Below, one piece after another: positions 40,040 to 53,229 of a DNA stretch of 64,000 bases. This DNA is from Pristiophorus japonicus (taxonomy: Eukaryota): contig NC_091989.1 of the NCBI RefSeq assembly GCF_044704955.1, positions 104,098,001 to 104,162,000 of the forward strand, written 5' to 3'. Position numbers and translations under genes: made by a program. Positions within the stretch are counted from its first letter, which is position 1; every line of letters begins with the position of its first letter. The notes beneath the pieces were generated by a model. That model searched no databases and was not told where the DNA came from. It saw nothing but the letters and a program-made list of their open reading frames with translations.

Positions 40040-40420
40040 AAATAAGATTAGGTTCATAGGGCCTTATGTCACTAAGATGGGAGATGAGGATCGACTGAAG
40101 AAACTGTTTTTTTTTAACTAAGACAAAGAATTGAAAAGAAGATCTGATAGAGATGTTCACATTTTGAAGGATATTAAGTAAATAACTAGAGGAAATCTAT
40201 TTCCACTGACCCATGAGTCGGCAACTAGAGGTCGTAAATTTAAGATCATCACCTAAAGAACAAAAAGGTGGTATAATGTTTCTTAGCCAGGTGGTTGTTG
40301 GGTGGTGGAATTTCCTACCAGACTGTTGGTGAAATCAGAATCCATAGAAGCTTTTGCAAGAGGAGGAGATAACTATTTCCAAAAAAAAATGATTAAACGG
40401 TAGGGGGAAACGACTAAGTG
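40040..40420 (+). mobile_element. Old CR1 3' fragment
   Basis: DLIEMF...TRGRKFK remnants. Confidence 0.55.
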
Positions 40421-40787
40421 GTTACCCCGTTATAAGAGCACGAATATGTAAAATGACATGATACTAACAATATCAAACAGGTGGCCAGTGAAACTGTGGA
40501 CGCAATGGGCATTAAATATTGCATACTGTGGACAATGTCTTGATAATTATTAAACTATATTAACAACAGTTATGGAGTTGGATAATCTACAGCGTTACCT
40601 GAAAAGCACCTATATGGGAATGGATGTTATAGAAATGTAATTACCTGAGGTAAGTAGCTGACCCAATAACAAAAATATACCAAGCTAAGGAATATTCAAA
40701 TATCATCAAGACTTTAATCTGATTTACGAAGCATTCTCTAGATTAATTAAGTTGATGAGATAATTCTACAAGGCATTACTTTTATAG

Positions 40788-40962
40788 ACCTTGCAAGAAG
40801 CAGTTGATAACCCGCTGACTTACGCAACTGCCGACTAAGAAAAATGGAGAACCGAGAAGGAAGGAAAAGAGCACAGAGTACGCAGAAATAGGGAACGTAC
40901 ACCAAAAGAGATACGCCTTATTCGTCTACACGGAACCAAGATTCAAATTATACCAATTGTAG
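40788..40962 (+). pseudogene. Frameshifted relic of the gene B terminal ITIM/ITSM exon
   Basis: TLQEAVDNPLTYATAD* followed, in another frame, by KSTEYAEI..VYTEPRFK; aligns to gene A exon 3780-3953 with an 11-nt deficit. Confidence 0.82.
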
Positions 40963-42399
40963 ACGATGAAGCCTTTTACTTCTTTTCATGTGACATGCAA
41001 TGTCCTCTGTTGTCATCAACCTCAGTCATTCTTATGACTCAGAGTAACTCCAACCCAACATTATATCTAAAGTTTCAACAGAATAGTATTTATAATAAGG
41101 GAAAATTATTTGATCATTTGAATGAGAGTTCATTGGATTAACTAGATATTGTAGTCGGTTAATACATCATAATTTCATGACTGTCAATCTAACCGTCAGG
41201 ACGGTTTTACCACTGCTTAAAAGTAACCAGAAGAAACCAGCAACCTCGTTTTTTCAGAGATTCTGTTCAAAGTCAATGCCTATTTCTTTCCAGGGATAAT
41301 TTATTTCGAGATTTCTGTAAAAAAAAATCAAATACTCTGCAGTCTGCCACAAATACAGAGTAAAGACGGAAGATAAATATATTTGGGTCTCCTCAAAGTG
41401 AAAGATTTATATACATAAAAAACTTCAGGCATTAGTTATAACCATGTAACATAGCTGGATGTAGCACACAACTCGTTTTACTCTAACCATGTGCGAACAG
41501 TATGTCTTCTCCCAAAGGCCACATGTGCATTTCCAAGTGCATAGAATTATATAAGCCCGGAATTTGCAGTCGGAGGCGTACGTCCGGAGAACACCTACGA
41601 CTGGCTAAAATTATCCTCACTTACCTTCAGGGTCTCAAGCTGCTGAGACGTCTGGTCCTGGGCCTGCAGGGTTACGCCTGCGTAAAGACCCACGGATCCC
41701 AGGGAGGCGGGTCGTTCCGAAGCGTACCTGGAAGCACGTGGGCCAGGTCGTTCATTCAGAAAGGAGGATTCCTAATATGCTTATTGCGATTCCATTTATG
41801 TACGGAATCCCCATAAGCATATTAGGAATAACCGAACAATTAAATAATTTAGACAAATGCAATAAGAATAAATGCTATCATGTTCAAAATTAATGGAAAG
41901 TCCCTTCAATAAAGCAAATACAAAATAAATGTAATTTAAAAAATATATGTTAAACATTTTAATCCAGGCCAAAATTTGCGTAAACTAATGTTATGTGTTT
42001 GTGCGTCATTTTTTTATTTTAAAATGTTTAATTTAAGATTTATATTAACCCTTATGCTGGTGAAAGCAGACCTACACCTACTTTTACAAGGCGTAAAGGT
42101 TTCACGGCCATTTGCTGGACAGTAGTTGGATAAATAGCCCAACTCTGCTTTAACGAAAGTGATTTTCCAGTTGGTGCAGTAGATCGGTCAAGGCAAACAT
42201 AAACAGATCGCAAGTTCCGTTTTTCATGCATGTGCAAAGCATGCAGAAACCTGGATCATGCAGGGCCTTTCTGAAGGCTTACAAAGCCGTCAGCAGAACT
42301 ACAAAATCTTGGTCATAGAGTCTGCAGCACAGAAACAGATCATTCGGCCTAACTGGTCTATGCCAGCGTTTATGCTTCACATGAGCCTCCTCCCACCCG

Positions 42400-42780
42400 G
42401 AAATGTGAGCATAAAACTCGAAGCTGAAACTCGAATGCAGTAATGAGGGAGTGTTGCATTGTCTTTTGTATGCGAAAAGGAGGCTGCATCTGCACTCTCA
42501 GATGGATGGAAAATATCCCATGGCTAGATCTAGAAGAACAGCATTGGAGTAATCTCCGTTGGCCTGGCCAACATGTATCCCTGAATCAACATTAATAAAA
42601 GAAACAGATTTTCTGGTCATTATAACATTGCTGTATGTGGGAGCTTGCTCTGCACAAATTGGCTGCCACGTTTCCTCCATTACAACAATGACTAAACTTA
42701 AAACTATTTAATTGACTGTAAAGCACTTTGGGATGTCCTGAGGGCGTGAAGGGCGCTATGTAAATGCAAGTCTTTCTTTT
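42400..42780 (+). mobile_element. Deu-domain SINE (SacSINE1-like)
   Basis: gtgggagcttgctctgcacaaattggctgccacgtttc...aaagcactttgggatgtcctgagg..gcgctatgtaaatgcaagt followed by a T-rich tail. Confidence 0.75.
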
Positions 42781-42926
42781 CTTTTTCCTTCATGTAAGTA
42801 TTATTAGCACATGCTACTTTTACTTTCTTCTTTATGTGCTTATCTAGCTGCCCCATGAATGCATATATGCTATTCGCTCACCTGCTCCTTGTGGTATCAC
42901 TCTCCACATTCTTACCACACTTTAGG

Positions 42927-45065
42927 ATCATGATACTGAAGGGGTTGACTGTGGATGGGCAATGGCAGACATTTAGAGACCGCATGGATGAACTACAACA
43001 ATTGTACATTCCTGTCTGTCGTAAAAATAAAAAAGGGAAGGTGGCTCAACCGTGGCTATCAAGGGAAATCAGGGATAGCATTAAAGCCAAGGAAGTGGCA
43101 TACAAATTGGCCAGAAATAGCAGAGAACCCGGGGACTGGGAGAAATTTAGAACTCAGCAGAGGAGGACAAAGGGTTTGATTAGGGCAGGGAAAATGGAGT
43201 ACGAGAAGAAGCTTGCAGGGAACATTAAGACGGATTGCAAAAGTTTCTATAGATATGTAAAGAGAAAAAGGTTAGTAAAGACAAACGTAGGTCCCCTGCA
43301 GTCATAACGGGGAACAAAGAAATGGCGGACCAATTGAACAAGTACTTTGGTTCGGTATTCACTGAGGAGGACACAAACAACCTTCCGGATATAAAAGGGG
43401 TCGGAGGGTCTAGTAAGGAGGAGGAACTGAGGGAAATCCTTATTAGTCGGGAAATTGTGTTGGGAAAATTGATGGGATTGAAGGCCGATAAATCCCCAGG
43501 GCCTGATGGACTGCATCCCAGAGTACTTAAGGAGGTGGCCTTGGAAATAGTGGATGCATTGACAGTCATTTTCCAACATTCCATTGACTCTGGATCAGTT
43601 CCTATGGAGTGGAGGGTAGCCAATGTAACCCCACTTTTTAAAAAAGGAGGGAGAGAGAAAACAGGGAATTACAGACCGGTCAGCCTGACATCGGTAGTGG
43701 GTAAAATGATGGAATCAATTATTAAGGATGTCATCGCAGTGCATTTGGAAAGAGGTAATATGATAGGTCCAAGTCAGCATGGATTTGTGAAAGGGAAATC
43801 ATGCTTGACAAATCTTCTGGAATTTTTTGAGGATGTTTCCAGTAGAGTGGACAATGGAGAACCAGTTGATGTGGTATATTTGGACTTTCAGAAGGCTTTC
43901 GACAAGGTCCCACACAAGAGATTAATGTGCAAAGTTAAAGCACATGTGATTGGGGGTAGTGTGCTGACGTGGATTGAGAACTGGTTGTCAGACAGGAAGC
44001 AAAGAGTAGGAGTAAATGGGGACTTTTCAGAATGGCAGGCAGTGACTAGTGGGGTACCGCAAGGTTCTGTGCTGGGGCCCCAGCTGTTTACACTGTACAT
44101 TAATGATTTAGATGAGGGGATTAAATGTAGTATCTCCAAATTTGCGGATGACACTAAGTTGGGTGGCAGTGTGAGCTGCGAGGAGGATTCTATGAGGCTG
44201 CAGAGCGACTTGGATAGGTTAGGTGAGTGGGCAAATGCATGGCAGATGAAGTATAATGTGGATAAATGTGAGGTTATCCACTTTGGTGGTAAAAACAGAG
44301 AGACAGACTATTATCTGAATGGTGACAGATTAGGAAAAGAGACCTGGGTGTCATGGTACATCAGTCATTGAAGGTTGGCATGCAGTTACAGCAGGCGGTT
44401 AAGAAAGCAAATGGCATGTTGGCCTTCATAGCGAGGGGATTTGAGTACAAGGGCAGGGAGGTGTTGCTACAATTGTACAAGGTCTTGGTGAGGCCACACC
44501 TGGAGTATTGTGTACAGTTTTGGTCTCCTAACCTGAGGAAGGACATTCTTGCTATTGAGGGAGTGCAGCGAAGGTTCACCAGACTGATTCCCGAGATGGC
44601 GGGACTGACCTATCAAGAAAGACTGGATCAACTGGGCTTGTATTCACTGGAGTTCAGAAGAATGAGACGGGACCTCATAGAAACGTTTAAAATTCTGACG
44701 GGGTTAGACAGGTTAGATGCAGGAAGAATGTTCCCAATGTTGGGGAAGTCCAGAACCAGGGGACACAGTCTAAGGATAAGGGGGAAGCCATTTAGGACCG
44801 AGATGAGGAGGAATTTCTTCACCCAGAGAGTGGTGAACCTGTGGAATTCTCTACCACAGAAAGTTGTTGAGGCCAATTCACTAAATATATTCAAAAAGGA
44901 GTTAGATGAAGTCCTTACTACTAGGGGAATCAAGGGGTATGGTGAGAAAGCAGGAATGGGGTACTGAAGTTGCATGTTCAGCCATGAACTCATTGAATGG
45001 CGGTGCAGGCTAGAAGGGCCGAATGGCCTACTCCTGCACCTATTTTCTATGTTTCTATGTTTCTA
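42927..45065 (+). mobile_element. Relatively young 5'-truncated CR1
   Basis: 349-aa and 204-aa RT ORFs with PQGSVLGP and FADD; (tttctatg)n tail. Confidence 0.95.
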
Positions 45066-46729
45066 TCTATTGGATTTTTGTAGTTACACTTTTATATTTA
45101 TGACCTCTAGTTTTGGACTCCCCTACAAGTGGAAACATTTTGTTTATGACTATCTATTAAATCCTTTCAGAATCTTAAAGACCTCTAACAAATCACCCCT
45201 CAGTCTCCTCTTTGCTAGAAAAAAGATCCCCGGCCTGTTCAGCCTGTTTTGGATAATTATATCCTCTTAGTGCTCGTATTATAATCGCGAACCTTTTTTG
45301 CACTGGTTTAGATATTTCCATCTCCCTTGTACATGTCCGCCCTTGTGGGGCCACTGAGTGGCAGATTCATCTCTAATTACAGGCACCTTTTTTTTGCTGT
45401 TGTAGGCTCTTATCCTTTAGAAGTTGGTCTACGACCATCCCAAACGTGATTCGTGTAGGAAACCCTGCCACGAAGAGAATAGGATTGAGGACTTCGATCG
45501 CTTCACCTGGCATGCTTCACTTAGAGGTGGAAGTATTGAAAGTATAATATATTAATCCACCATAACAGCTAGTTGTTCATTCTTTATATTCTTTATATTT
45601 TTCATTGTATTTTATCCTGCGACTGAACTCACTGAAGTCAGAGGTTAAATGTTCAGACACAGCCAGAATATCAGTGCTTTACCCATCAATTACATCACTT
45701 TCCACGATTCTCGCTTAGGATTAAACTGGCAGTTCACAAACTAGCAAACGTGTACCTGGCCGGAGAAACATACAGTCAGTGACCAAGTCCACCTATTAAT
45801 AGCACATGTGCCAATCCCTATTTCTTCACCGCTGCTGCAAAAACTCTCATGCGCAACTTTGCCACCTCCAGACTGAACTTTCCCAAGGCCATCACAGCCA
45901 ACTTTAGATGTTCCACCCTCCATGCACTGATCAAGATCTCCAGTATGACATTCTTGATTTACAAATTGCCATTCACCAATATTACCTTTGAACAATTGTT
46001 GGAATATGGAACTCAGTTAATTCAGCTTCTGAAAGGTGTTTAGTTCATGCAATATAAGGAAAAATGTGGGTGGCATCATTAGAGCGAGATACAGATTTCA
46101 CTTAGCAATAGTCAGTTGCTGTTTAGCAGGCAACCATCCTTGGATATGTCTATAATAGAATGTTTAGATTAGCAATGTTATGATGAGAATGTCTAGAGAC
46201 TAGAATGGTTATGCTTACCACAACAAGGCCACCATGATTTTACGTGCATTTAACGTTGTTGACGTACGTTGAAGAAAATGTAGACTTGTTTCTTTGGAAT
46301 ATGCAGTAGCCAGAAACTACCATATTCGCCAATGCCAGTTCCATTTTGATAAGAAAACAGTGTATAAATATATATTTTTTCCATTGTTCAAGCAGCAGGA
46401 GAAACGACCAAAGGCTACATTTGCATGTTCTACCTGTGACTATACGCTGCTTGTAAAATGCTTGTTATGCTGAATTAATGAATAAAATGATTATAACCAG
46501 AAGACTGAATTCGTTACTACTTAAGCAAACAACAGAACACTTATTAAGACAAAAATAATAAGCTCCTGTGCCTCTCGGGTTAAACTTAAAATTCCTCATC
46601 CTTATCTACAAATTCCTCCACAATATTGCTGCATGCTATTCTTCCTCCACCTTTGCTCTCAGCTTAGACTTTCCAAGTCTGCTCAACTTAACATCCCATT
46701 CTTCCCGTGCTGCCGTCTTCAACCTCTGC

Positions 46730-48920
46730 AGTCCTTGTGGTGAAGGTACTCCCACAGTCCTGTTCATGAGGGAGTTTCAGGATTTTGACCCAGCGACGAT
46801 GAAGGAACAACAAAGTATTCCCAAATCAGGATGGTGTGTAACTTGGTGGGGAACTTGCAGATGATGGTGTTCCCATGCACCTATGTGCTTGTTATTCTAG
46901 GTGGTACAGGTCATGGGTTTGGGAGGTGCTACTGAAGAAGCCTTGGAGAGTGGAGAGTTGCTGCACTGTATCTTGTAGATGGTACACACTGCAGCCATAG
47001 TGTGCCAATGGTGCAGTGAGTGAATGTTTAAGGTGGTGGCTCAGGTGCCAATACAATGGGCTGCTTTGGCGTGGCTGGTATCGAGCTTCTCGAGTCTTTT
47101 TGGAGCTACACTCATTCAGGCAAGTAGAGAGTATTCCATCAAACTCCTGACCTGTGCCTTGTAAATGGTGGAATGTCTTTGGGGAATCAGGAGGTGAGAC
47201 ACTCACCATAGAATACCCAGCCTCTGACTTGCTCTTGTAGCCACACTATTTATGTGGCTGGTCCAGTTCAGTTTCTGGTCAATGGTTATGCCCAGGATGT
47301 TGATGGTGGGCATTTGGCAAAGCTAATGCCATTGAATGTTAAGGGCAGTTGTTTGGCTCTCACTTGTTGGAGATGGACATTGTCTGCCATTTGTGTGGTG
47401 TGAATGTTGTGTGCCACTTACAAGCCAAAGCCTGAATGTCATCCAGGTGTTGCTGCATTCAGGCATGGACTGCTTCTTTTTCTGAGGAATTGTAAATAGA
47501 ACTGAACCCTGCAATCATCAGCGAGCATCCCCACTTCTGACCTTATTATGGAGAGAAGGCCATTGATGAAGTGGCTGAAGATGGTTGGGCCGAGGCAACT
47601 GCCCTGATGAACTCTAGCCACAATGTCCTAGGCCTGAGATGATTGACCTCCAACAACTCCAACCAGCTTCCTTTCTGCTAGGTCTGACTCCAACCGTGGC
47701 GAGTTTTCCCCTGGATTCCCATTGACTTCAACTTTACTAAGGCTCTTTGATGCCACTCTGGTCAAGGGCAGTCATTTGCACCTTACCTCTGGAATTCAGC
47801 TCTTTGTCCATGTTTGGCCAAGGCTGTAATGAGGTCTGGAGCCGAGTGGTGCCGGAAGAATCCAAACTGAGCATCGGTGAGCAGGTCATTGATGAATAAA
47901 TGAGGCTTGTTAGCATTCTCGATGACACCTTCCATCTCTTTGCTGATGATTAAGAGTAGACTGATGGGGCTGTAATTTACCGGATTGGATTTGTCCTGTT
48001 TTTTTTGGACAGGACATACCTGAGTAGTTTTACACATTGTCGAGTATTGCCAGTGTTGTAACTGTACTGGAACAACTTGGCAAGAGGCACGGCTAGTTCT
48101 GGAGCAAAGTCTTCAGCACGACAGCTAGGATGTTTTCAGGGCCCAAAGCCTTTGCTGTATCCAATGCATTCAGCCATTTCCTAATATTACGTGCAGTGAA
48201 TCGAAATGGCTGAAGACTGTCTTATGTGATGGTGGGGTCCTCAAGAAGAGGTCAATATGGATCATCCACTCGGAACCTCTGGCGGAAGATGGTTGCAAAC
48301 ACTTCAGCCTTGACTTTTTCAATCATGCGTGGGGCTCCATCCTGATTGAGGATGGGGATGTACATGGAGCCTTCTCGTCCCATTTGTTGTTTAATTGTGC
48401 ACTACCATTCACGACTGGATGTGGTAGCACTGCAGAGCTTTTATCTAATACGTTGATTTTGAGATTTCTTAGATCTGTCTATAGCATGCTGCTACCTCTG
48501 TTGAGAATGCACGAAGGCTTGTGTTGTGGCTTCTCCAAGTTGTCACCCCATTTTCAGGTATGCCTGATGCTGCTCCAGGCATGCTGTTCTGCACTCCTCA
48601 TTGAACCAGGATTGGTTCCCTGGCTTGATGGCAATGGTAGAGTGAGGAATGTGCCAGGCCATGAGGTTACAGAATGTGCTGGAATACAATTCTGCTGCTG
48701 CAGACAGCCCACAGAGCCTTATTGATGTGAGTTTTGAGCTGCTAGATCTGTTCTGAATCTATCCCATTTAGCATGGTGGTAGTGCCACGCAACACTATGG
48801 ATGGTGTCTTCAGACTTAACACTGCATTTCGTCTCCACAAGAATTGTGTTATGGTCACTGTTACCAATGCTTTAATGGACAGATGCACCTGCTACAGGTA
48901 GGTTGGTGAGGATGAGGTAA
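46730..48920 (-). mobile_element. CR1-group LINE of a different family (L2/Crack/Daphne-like), degenerate
   Basis: KKQDKSNPVNYSPISLL.IISK.ME, QFGF..HSAPDL, QGSCLGPTIF..FIN..LADD; related fragment at about 17100-17280. Confidence 0.75.
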
Positions 48921-50431
48921 AAATTTTTTTTGCCTCTAATGTCCTTCTAGGAAATAGAAACAGGAGCAGGCTGTACAGCCCCTCGAACCTGCTCTGCTCT
49001 GATCTCACTCTTGAATAAACACTGAGAATCAAACGCTATCTCGGGTAGAGAATTCCAAAGATTCGCATCTCTCTGAGTGAGGTCATTTTGCCTCATTGCA
49101 GTCCTAAATGGCTGACGAATTATCCATAAATCATGACCTGTAGTTCTAGAATCTCCAGCTAGGGAAGACATTCTCTCAGCATCTACCCTGTCAAGCCCTC
49201 TAAGAATTTCACATGTTTCAAAAAAACTCCAGAGAATATAGGCACATTCTGCTCAATATCTCTCCATAGGACCGAACTTCCATCACAGGAATCAACATAG
49301 TGAACCCTCATTGCACTCCTCTAAGGAAACTATATCCTTTCTAGCTAAGGAGAACAAAACTGTACACAGTACTCCAAGTGTGGTCTCATAAATGCCCTAT
49401 ATAATTGGAGCAAGACTTCCTTACTTATATACTCCACACCACTTGAAATAAAGGCTAACATACAATTTGCTGAAAATGACCCATTTAAGCCTGCTCTCTA
49501 TTTTCTGTCTGTTAGCTAATTCTCAATCAATGGTAAGATATTACCCCCAATCCCATGAGCCCTTATCTTGCATAACAACCTCTTATGTGGCACCTTATCA
49601 AATGCCTTCAGAGAAGAAATTATACGACACACTGCTTTTGCTTTACATACCATGCTAGTTACACCCCCAAAAATCTCTAATATATTTGTCAAATGCGGCT
49701 TTCCTATCATAAAGCCATGTTAGCTCTGCCTAATGATACTGTGATTTTGCAAGTGCCCTATTACCAAGGGCTAGAACCTCCACTTTTTTTGTCTGCTTAA
49801 CGCCCACTTAATGCCCATTTTACCGCTGAAATGACGTATAACGCCCATATATCATCCATTTTGGCACAAAAGGGAAACTGGCGGGCATTTTTCGGAAACT
49901 TATCGCCGAGCATTACTTTCCCCATGTGCTTAACGCTGAAAAAAATATTACCGCCCGCCCACTCTTTTGGGATGGAATGAACAGGATGGATGACTTCAAC
50001 GGCCATAATATTTCCACACCAAATTAACGCTGAGATTCAATATTATTGTCCGGCGACTGTTTTTTGTCGTAAAGACCATATTTACCCAAACTAGCGGTCA
50101 TGGAGGTCGCCCATCATCAATTTCACCACCTCACACACATTTCGCCTACATTATTGCTCACTTAAAAAAACGCCCACAAAAAGTGGAACTAACTGGTTCG
50201 AATCACAGCGTTATGGACGCCATGTTGTAGATCACGCCATGTCATGTCCTTTAAAAGGCTGCTGTGCTTCAACCTCGGTGGAGTTCGGATGTACACTGCA
50301 GGTCATTGGAGTTGATGTGAACATCTCTAAAAACATGTTGACCACACTGTGACCGATTGGAATTGAAGAAGTGTGTTCGTCGGCACATTCCTTGTTTGAG
50401 TGCAATTGGTGGAAAACAGAGAACTACTGCA

Positions 50432-51623
50432 ATGGGGCATGTCCTTTCTTACCCTCTCTTGGTGACCAAATACATGCAGCAGACTCGACATCACTGAAGA
50501 AATGCTGCACTGCATTATGTGCCCAATGAACAAAGTGACAGACGGATGAGGAGGACCGGGCGTTACACCTCCGGCAAGTACAAGGAGAAGCATTCTTACC
50601 TAGACTTGCCCGACACCACCTGCCTTTGGAGACTGTGCTTCCACAAAGAGGTTATCACTGAGGTATGCCAGCTGATAAGGGTAGATCTGCAGCCTGATAG
50701 TACCATCAGAATTGCATTGTCCGTTGAGGTCAAAGTCACCGTGGCACTGTTGTTCTATGCCTCGGGTTCTTTTCAGGCCACAGCTGGCGACATTTGCAGA
50801 ATTTCTCAGCATGCTACACATCACTGCATTAGACAGGTCACTGAAGCCCTGTACAAATGCAGGGGGGACTTGATCAGCTTCCTATGACCAGCGACATGCA
50901 GAGTTAAAGAGCTCGAGGTTGCTCCAGAATTGCAAACTTCCCAAGGTGCAGGGAGCAATAGATTGTGCACACATCATGATGTGGGCACATTTTCAGGATA
51001 CTGGGGTTTTCAGGAACTGCAAAGGTTCCACTCCCTGAATGTACAGCTGGTTGTTGACCACTAGCAAATTATACTGACTATGAATGCTCAATTTCTGGGC
51101 AGCAGCCATGATGCGCACATCCTGTGTGAGAGCACTGTATCTGAACCACAAGGTCAATGCTGGATGCTTGGGGACAAAGGATATGGCCTGGCCACCTGCC
51201 TGATGATAACCCTGCATGACTCTAACTCTGAGGCCGAGAGGCGATACAATGAGAGCCACAGAGCAACTCGCAATATCATTGAGAAATACATTGGCGTGCT
51301 GAAGCAGCACTTCAGATGCCTGGACCACTCAGGTGGCGAGATCCAATACCACCCTGAGCAGGTAGCTCAGTTCATGGTGGTCTTCTCCATGCTACAATGT
51401 GGCTGTCAGCAGGGGACAAGAATTGCCTGATGAGCCTGACAGTCCACCTCACCAGAGAGAGGAAGAGGAGGACAAGGAGGCGGATGCTGACATAGAGCCA
51501 GACAATCAGGCTGATGCTGAAGCCATGCCCCCATCCCTCTGTAGACCGCATGAAACGGACCATGGTAGCATGATAGCTGCAAGATCCTTACATCAGGAGC
51601 TCATCAATGATCGCTTTGCCTGA
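50432..51623 (+). pseudogene. Harbinger DDE transposase (HARBI1-like), frameshifted
   Basis: ALSVEVKVTVALLFYASGSFQ, VQGAIDC.HI, GSSHDAHIL, LGDKGY, YNESHRATRNIIE..IGVLK..FRCLD. Confidence 0.9.
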
Positions 51624-52445
51624 AAGAATGTTGGTGTTATTTACAAGGCTGACACACTGCTGGGTTGGTGACAGTTAAAGTTTAAGTTGATTGAAGTTAA
51701 GTGCAATTATACCCTTTGATGTTAAGGAATCAGCAGCGTGTAATGGTGCAGCTATCTGAGCCAATGTGCTGCAAAGTTTTGTTACATAAAAACATTTAAA
51801 CCGAACATTAGTCTGAAATCATCAGTATTTCTGTACAAACCAACCCTCCCCCCCCCCCCCCGCCCCACTTCTCTTCCCCACCTCCACCCCTTCCCCTTCC
51901 CCTCCTGGCACAAAGTCGCCTGGCCAAGGAAGTCCTCAGGTGATGCTTAATTGGCGGTGGGGGGGGGGAGGTGGGCAGGGGTGACGGCCGATGCGCTGCT
52001 TGGACAGCTACGGGAGGGGACGCTCCAGAGGTGGGAGCATGCTGCAAGCCTTAAGCAAGGTGTTGCTGCAGGCTCCCATTTGTGGTTGGCAATGGGGGTG
52101 CATCACCTTGGGGTGCAGTGCGGTGCTCCGGGACAACTGGGAGCCCTCTGCCACCAATGTTCCTGGCTACCAACTCCAGGGCTTCTTCCATTCCTTCCAT
52201 TTTATATGTTATTTGTTGGACAAAAACTCGGTGCCAACTATGTTCTTGGTGCTTAGTGGGTTTGTTGCTGCTGTTGAATGTCCGTCGTTCCTCCCACAAC
52301 AGCCAAACAAGCTCATACCACAACCACACATGCTTTCAGTGCCTCTGAGCTCCCTCTCTCTCTCTCTGTCGCCTCCTCTGCGCATGTCATGGTGACCCTT
52401 GACCTCCAGAATCGCGGAATGGAGCGATGCCATGCTGTTGCTATG

Positions 52446-53025
52446 TGTTGGGGTAAAAAGGAGGCATCTCTCCTTCAAGGTGGATTAACTGTTATAGTTA
52501 ATCGACACCTGCCCCTCTTCCACTGTATAACAAACGAAATCCCAGGATCAACCGGCTTTTATTTCGAGCAATTGCAAGGGAAGATTCAGTCGTGGATCCT
52601 CCGAAATACAAGAGTTTGCTAGCATAATTTATAGGTTTTGGAGAGGATCTATCCTCCTGTAAAATCATCGATAGGTCGATTGCTATCTGCGAAGTTACAT
52701 TGATTTTTCGACTCTTATCAGACGGGCTCTGAGTGGTACATACAACTGGCCATCTCTCATCATTGTTTTGTTCCATTTTCCCCTCTACCCCAGTCTATCC
52801 GACGCCTAAGGGTTGTACTGGCTTATTTATCTCTTCCTCAGGGACTTTTAAACAAAACAGCTGACTTTGGCTGTTGAAGTTTTACTAAGTTTAAGCTATA
52901 GTTTAATACGTATAAGTGTGCTATACCTATATAAGCAAGGGTTACATACATAGGCAATTTATAAGTTCACTACCTTCAGCATAATTATGACCCCCTATTT
53001 GCAATCTTGCAATTTATCCCTTACA
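52446..53025 (-). repeat. ERV 3' LTR
   Basis: Same termini as the 5' LTR; PPT adjacent. Confidence 0.93.
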
Positions 53026-53229
53026 ATTCCTCCCTAATGGCCCTTGGCTATATGCCCAAGATGGGCCAGTTCCCAATTAATACCTCTAAGGTGAGCTTCC
53101 AGGGTTGTCCGTTCGCTTGGGTAGTGCTACTTCCCGAGCTGCAGGATCTGCCTGTTGGCTTTCCCATCAAGGTTATACTAAGTAAGTCCTTTCTGTCAGA
53201 CTGTCTGATTTCCCTTTATTCAATGTTTT

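Noticed and set aside
50432-51623. Domesticated HARBI1 host gene
   Set aside because: Frameshifts and stops, and it sits inside TIRs with a TSD.
51808-52445. Harbinger second ORF (Myb/SANT partner)
   Set aside because: Position and strand fit, but no Myb/SANT motif is visible; the 5' part seems lost, so it is not called.
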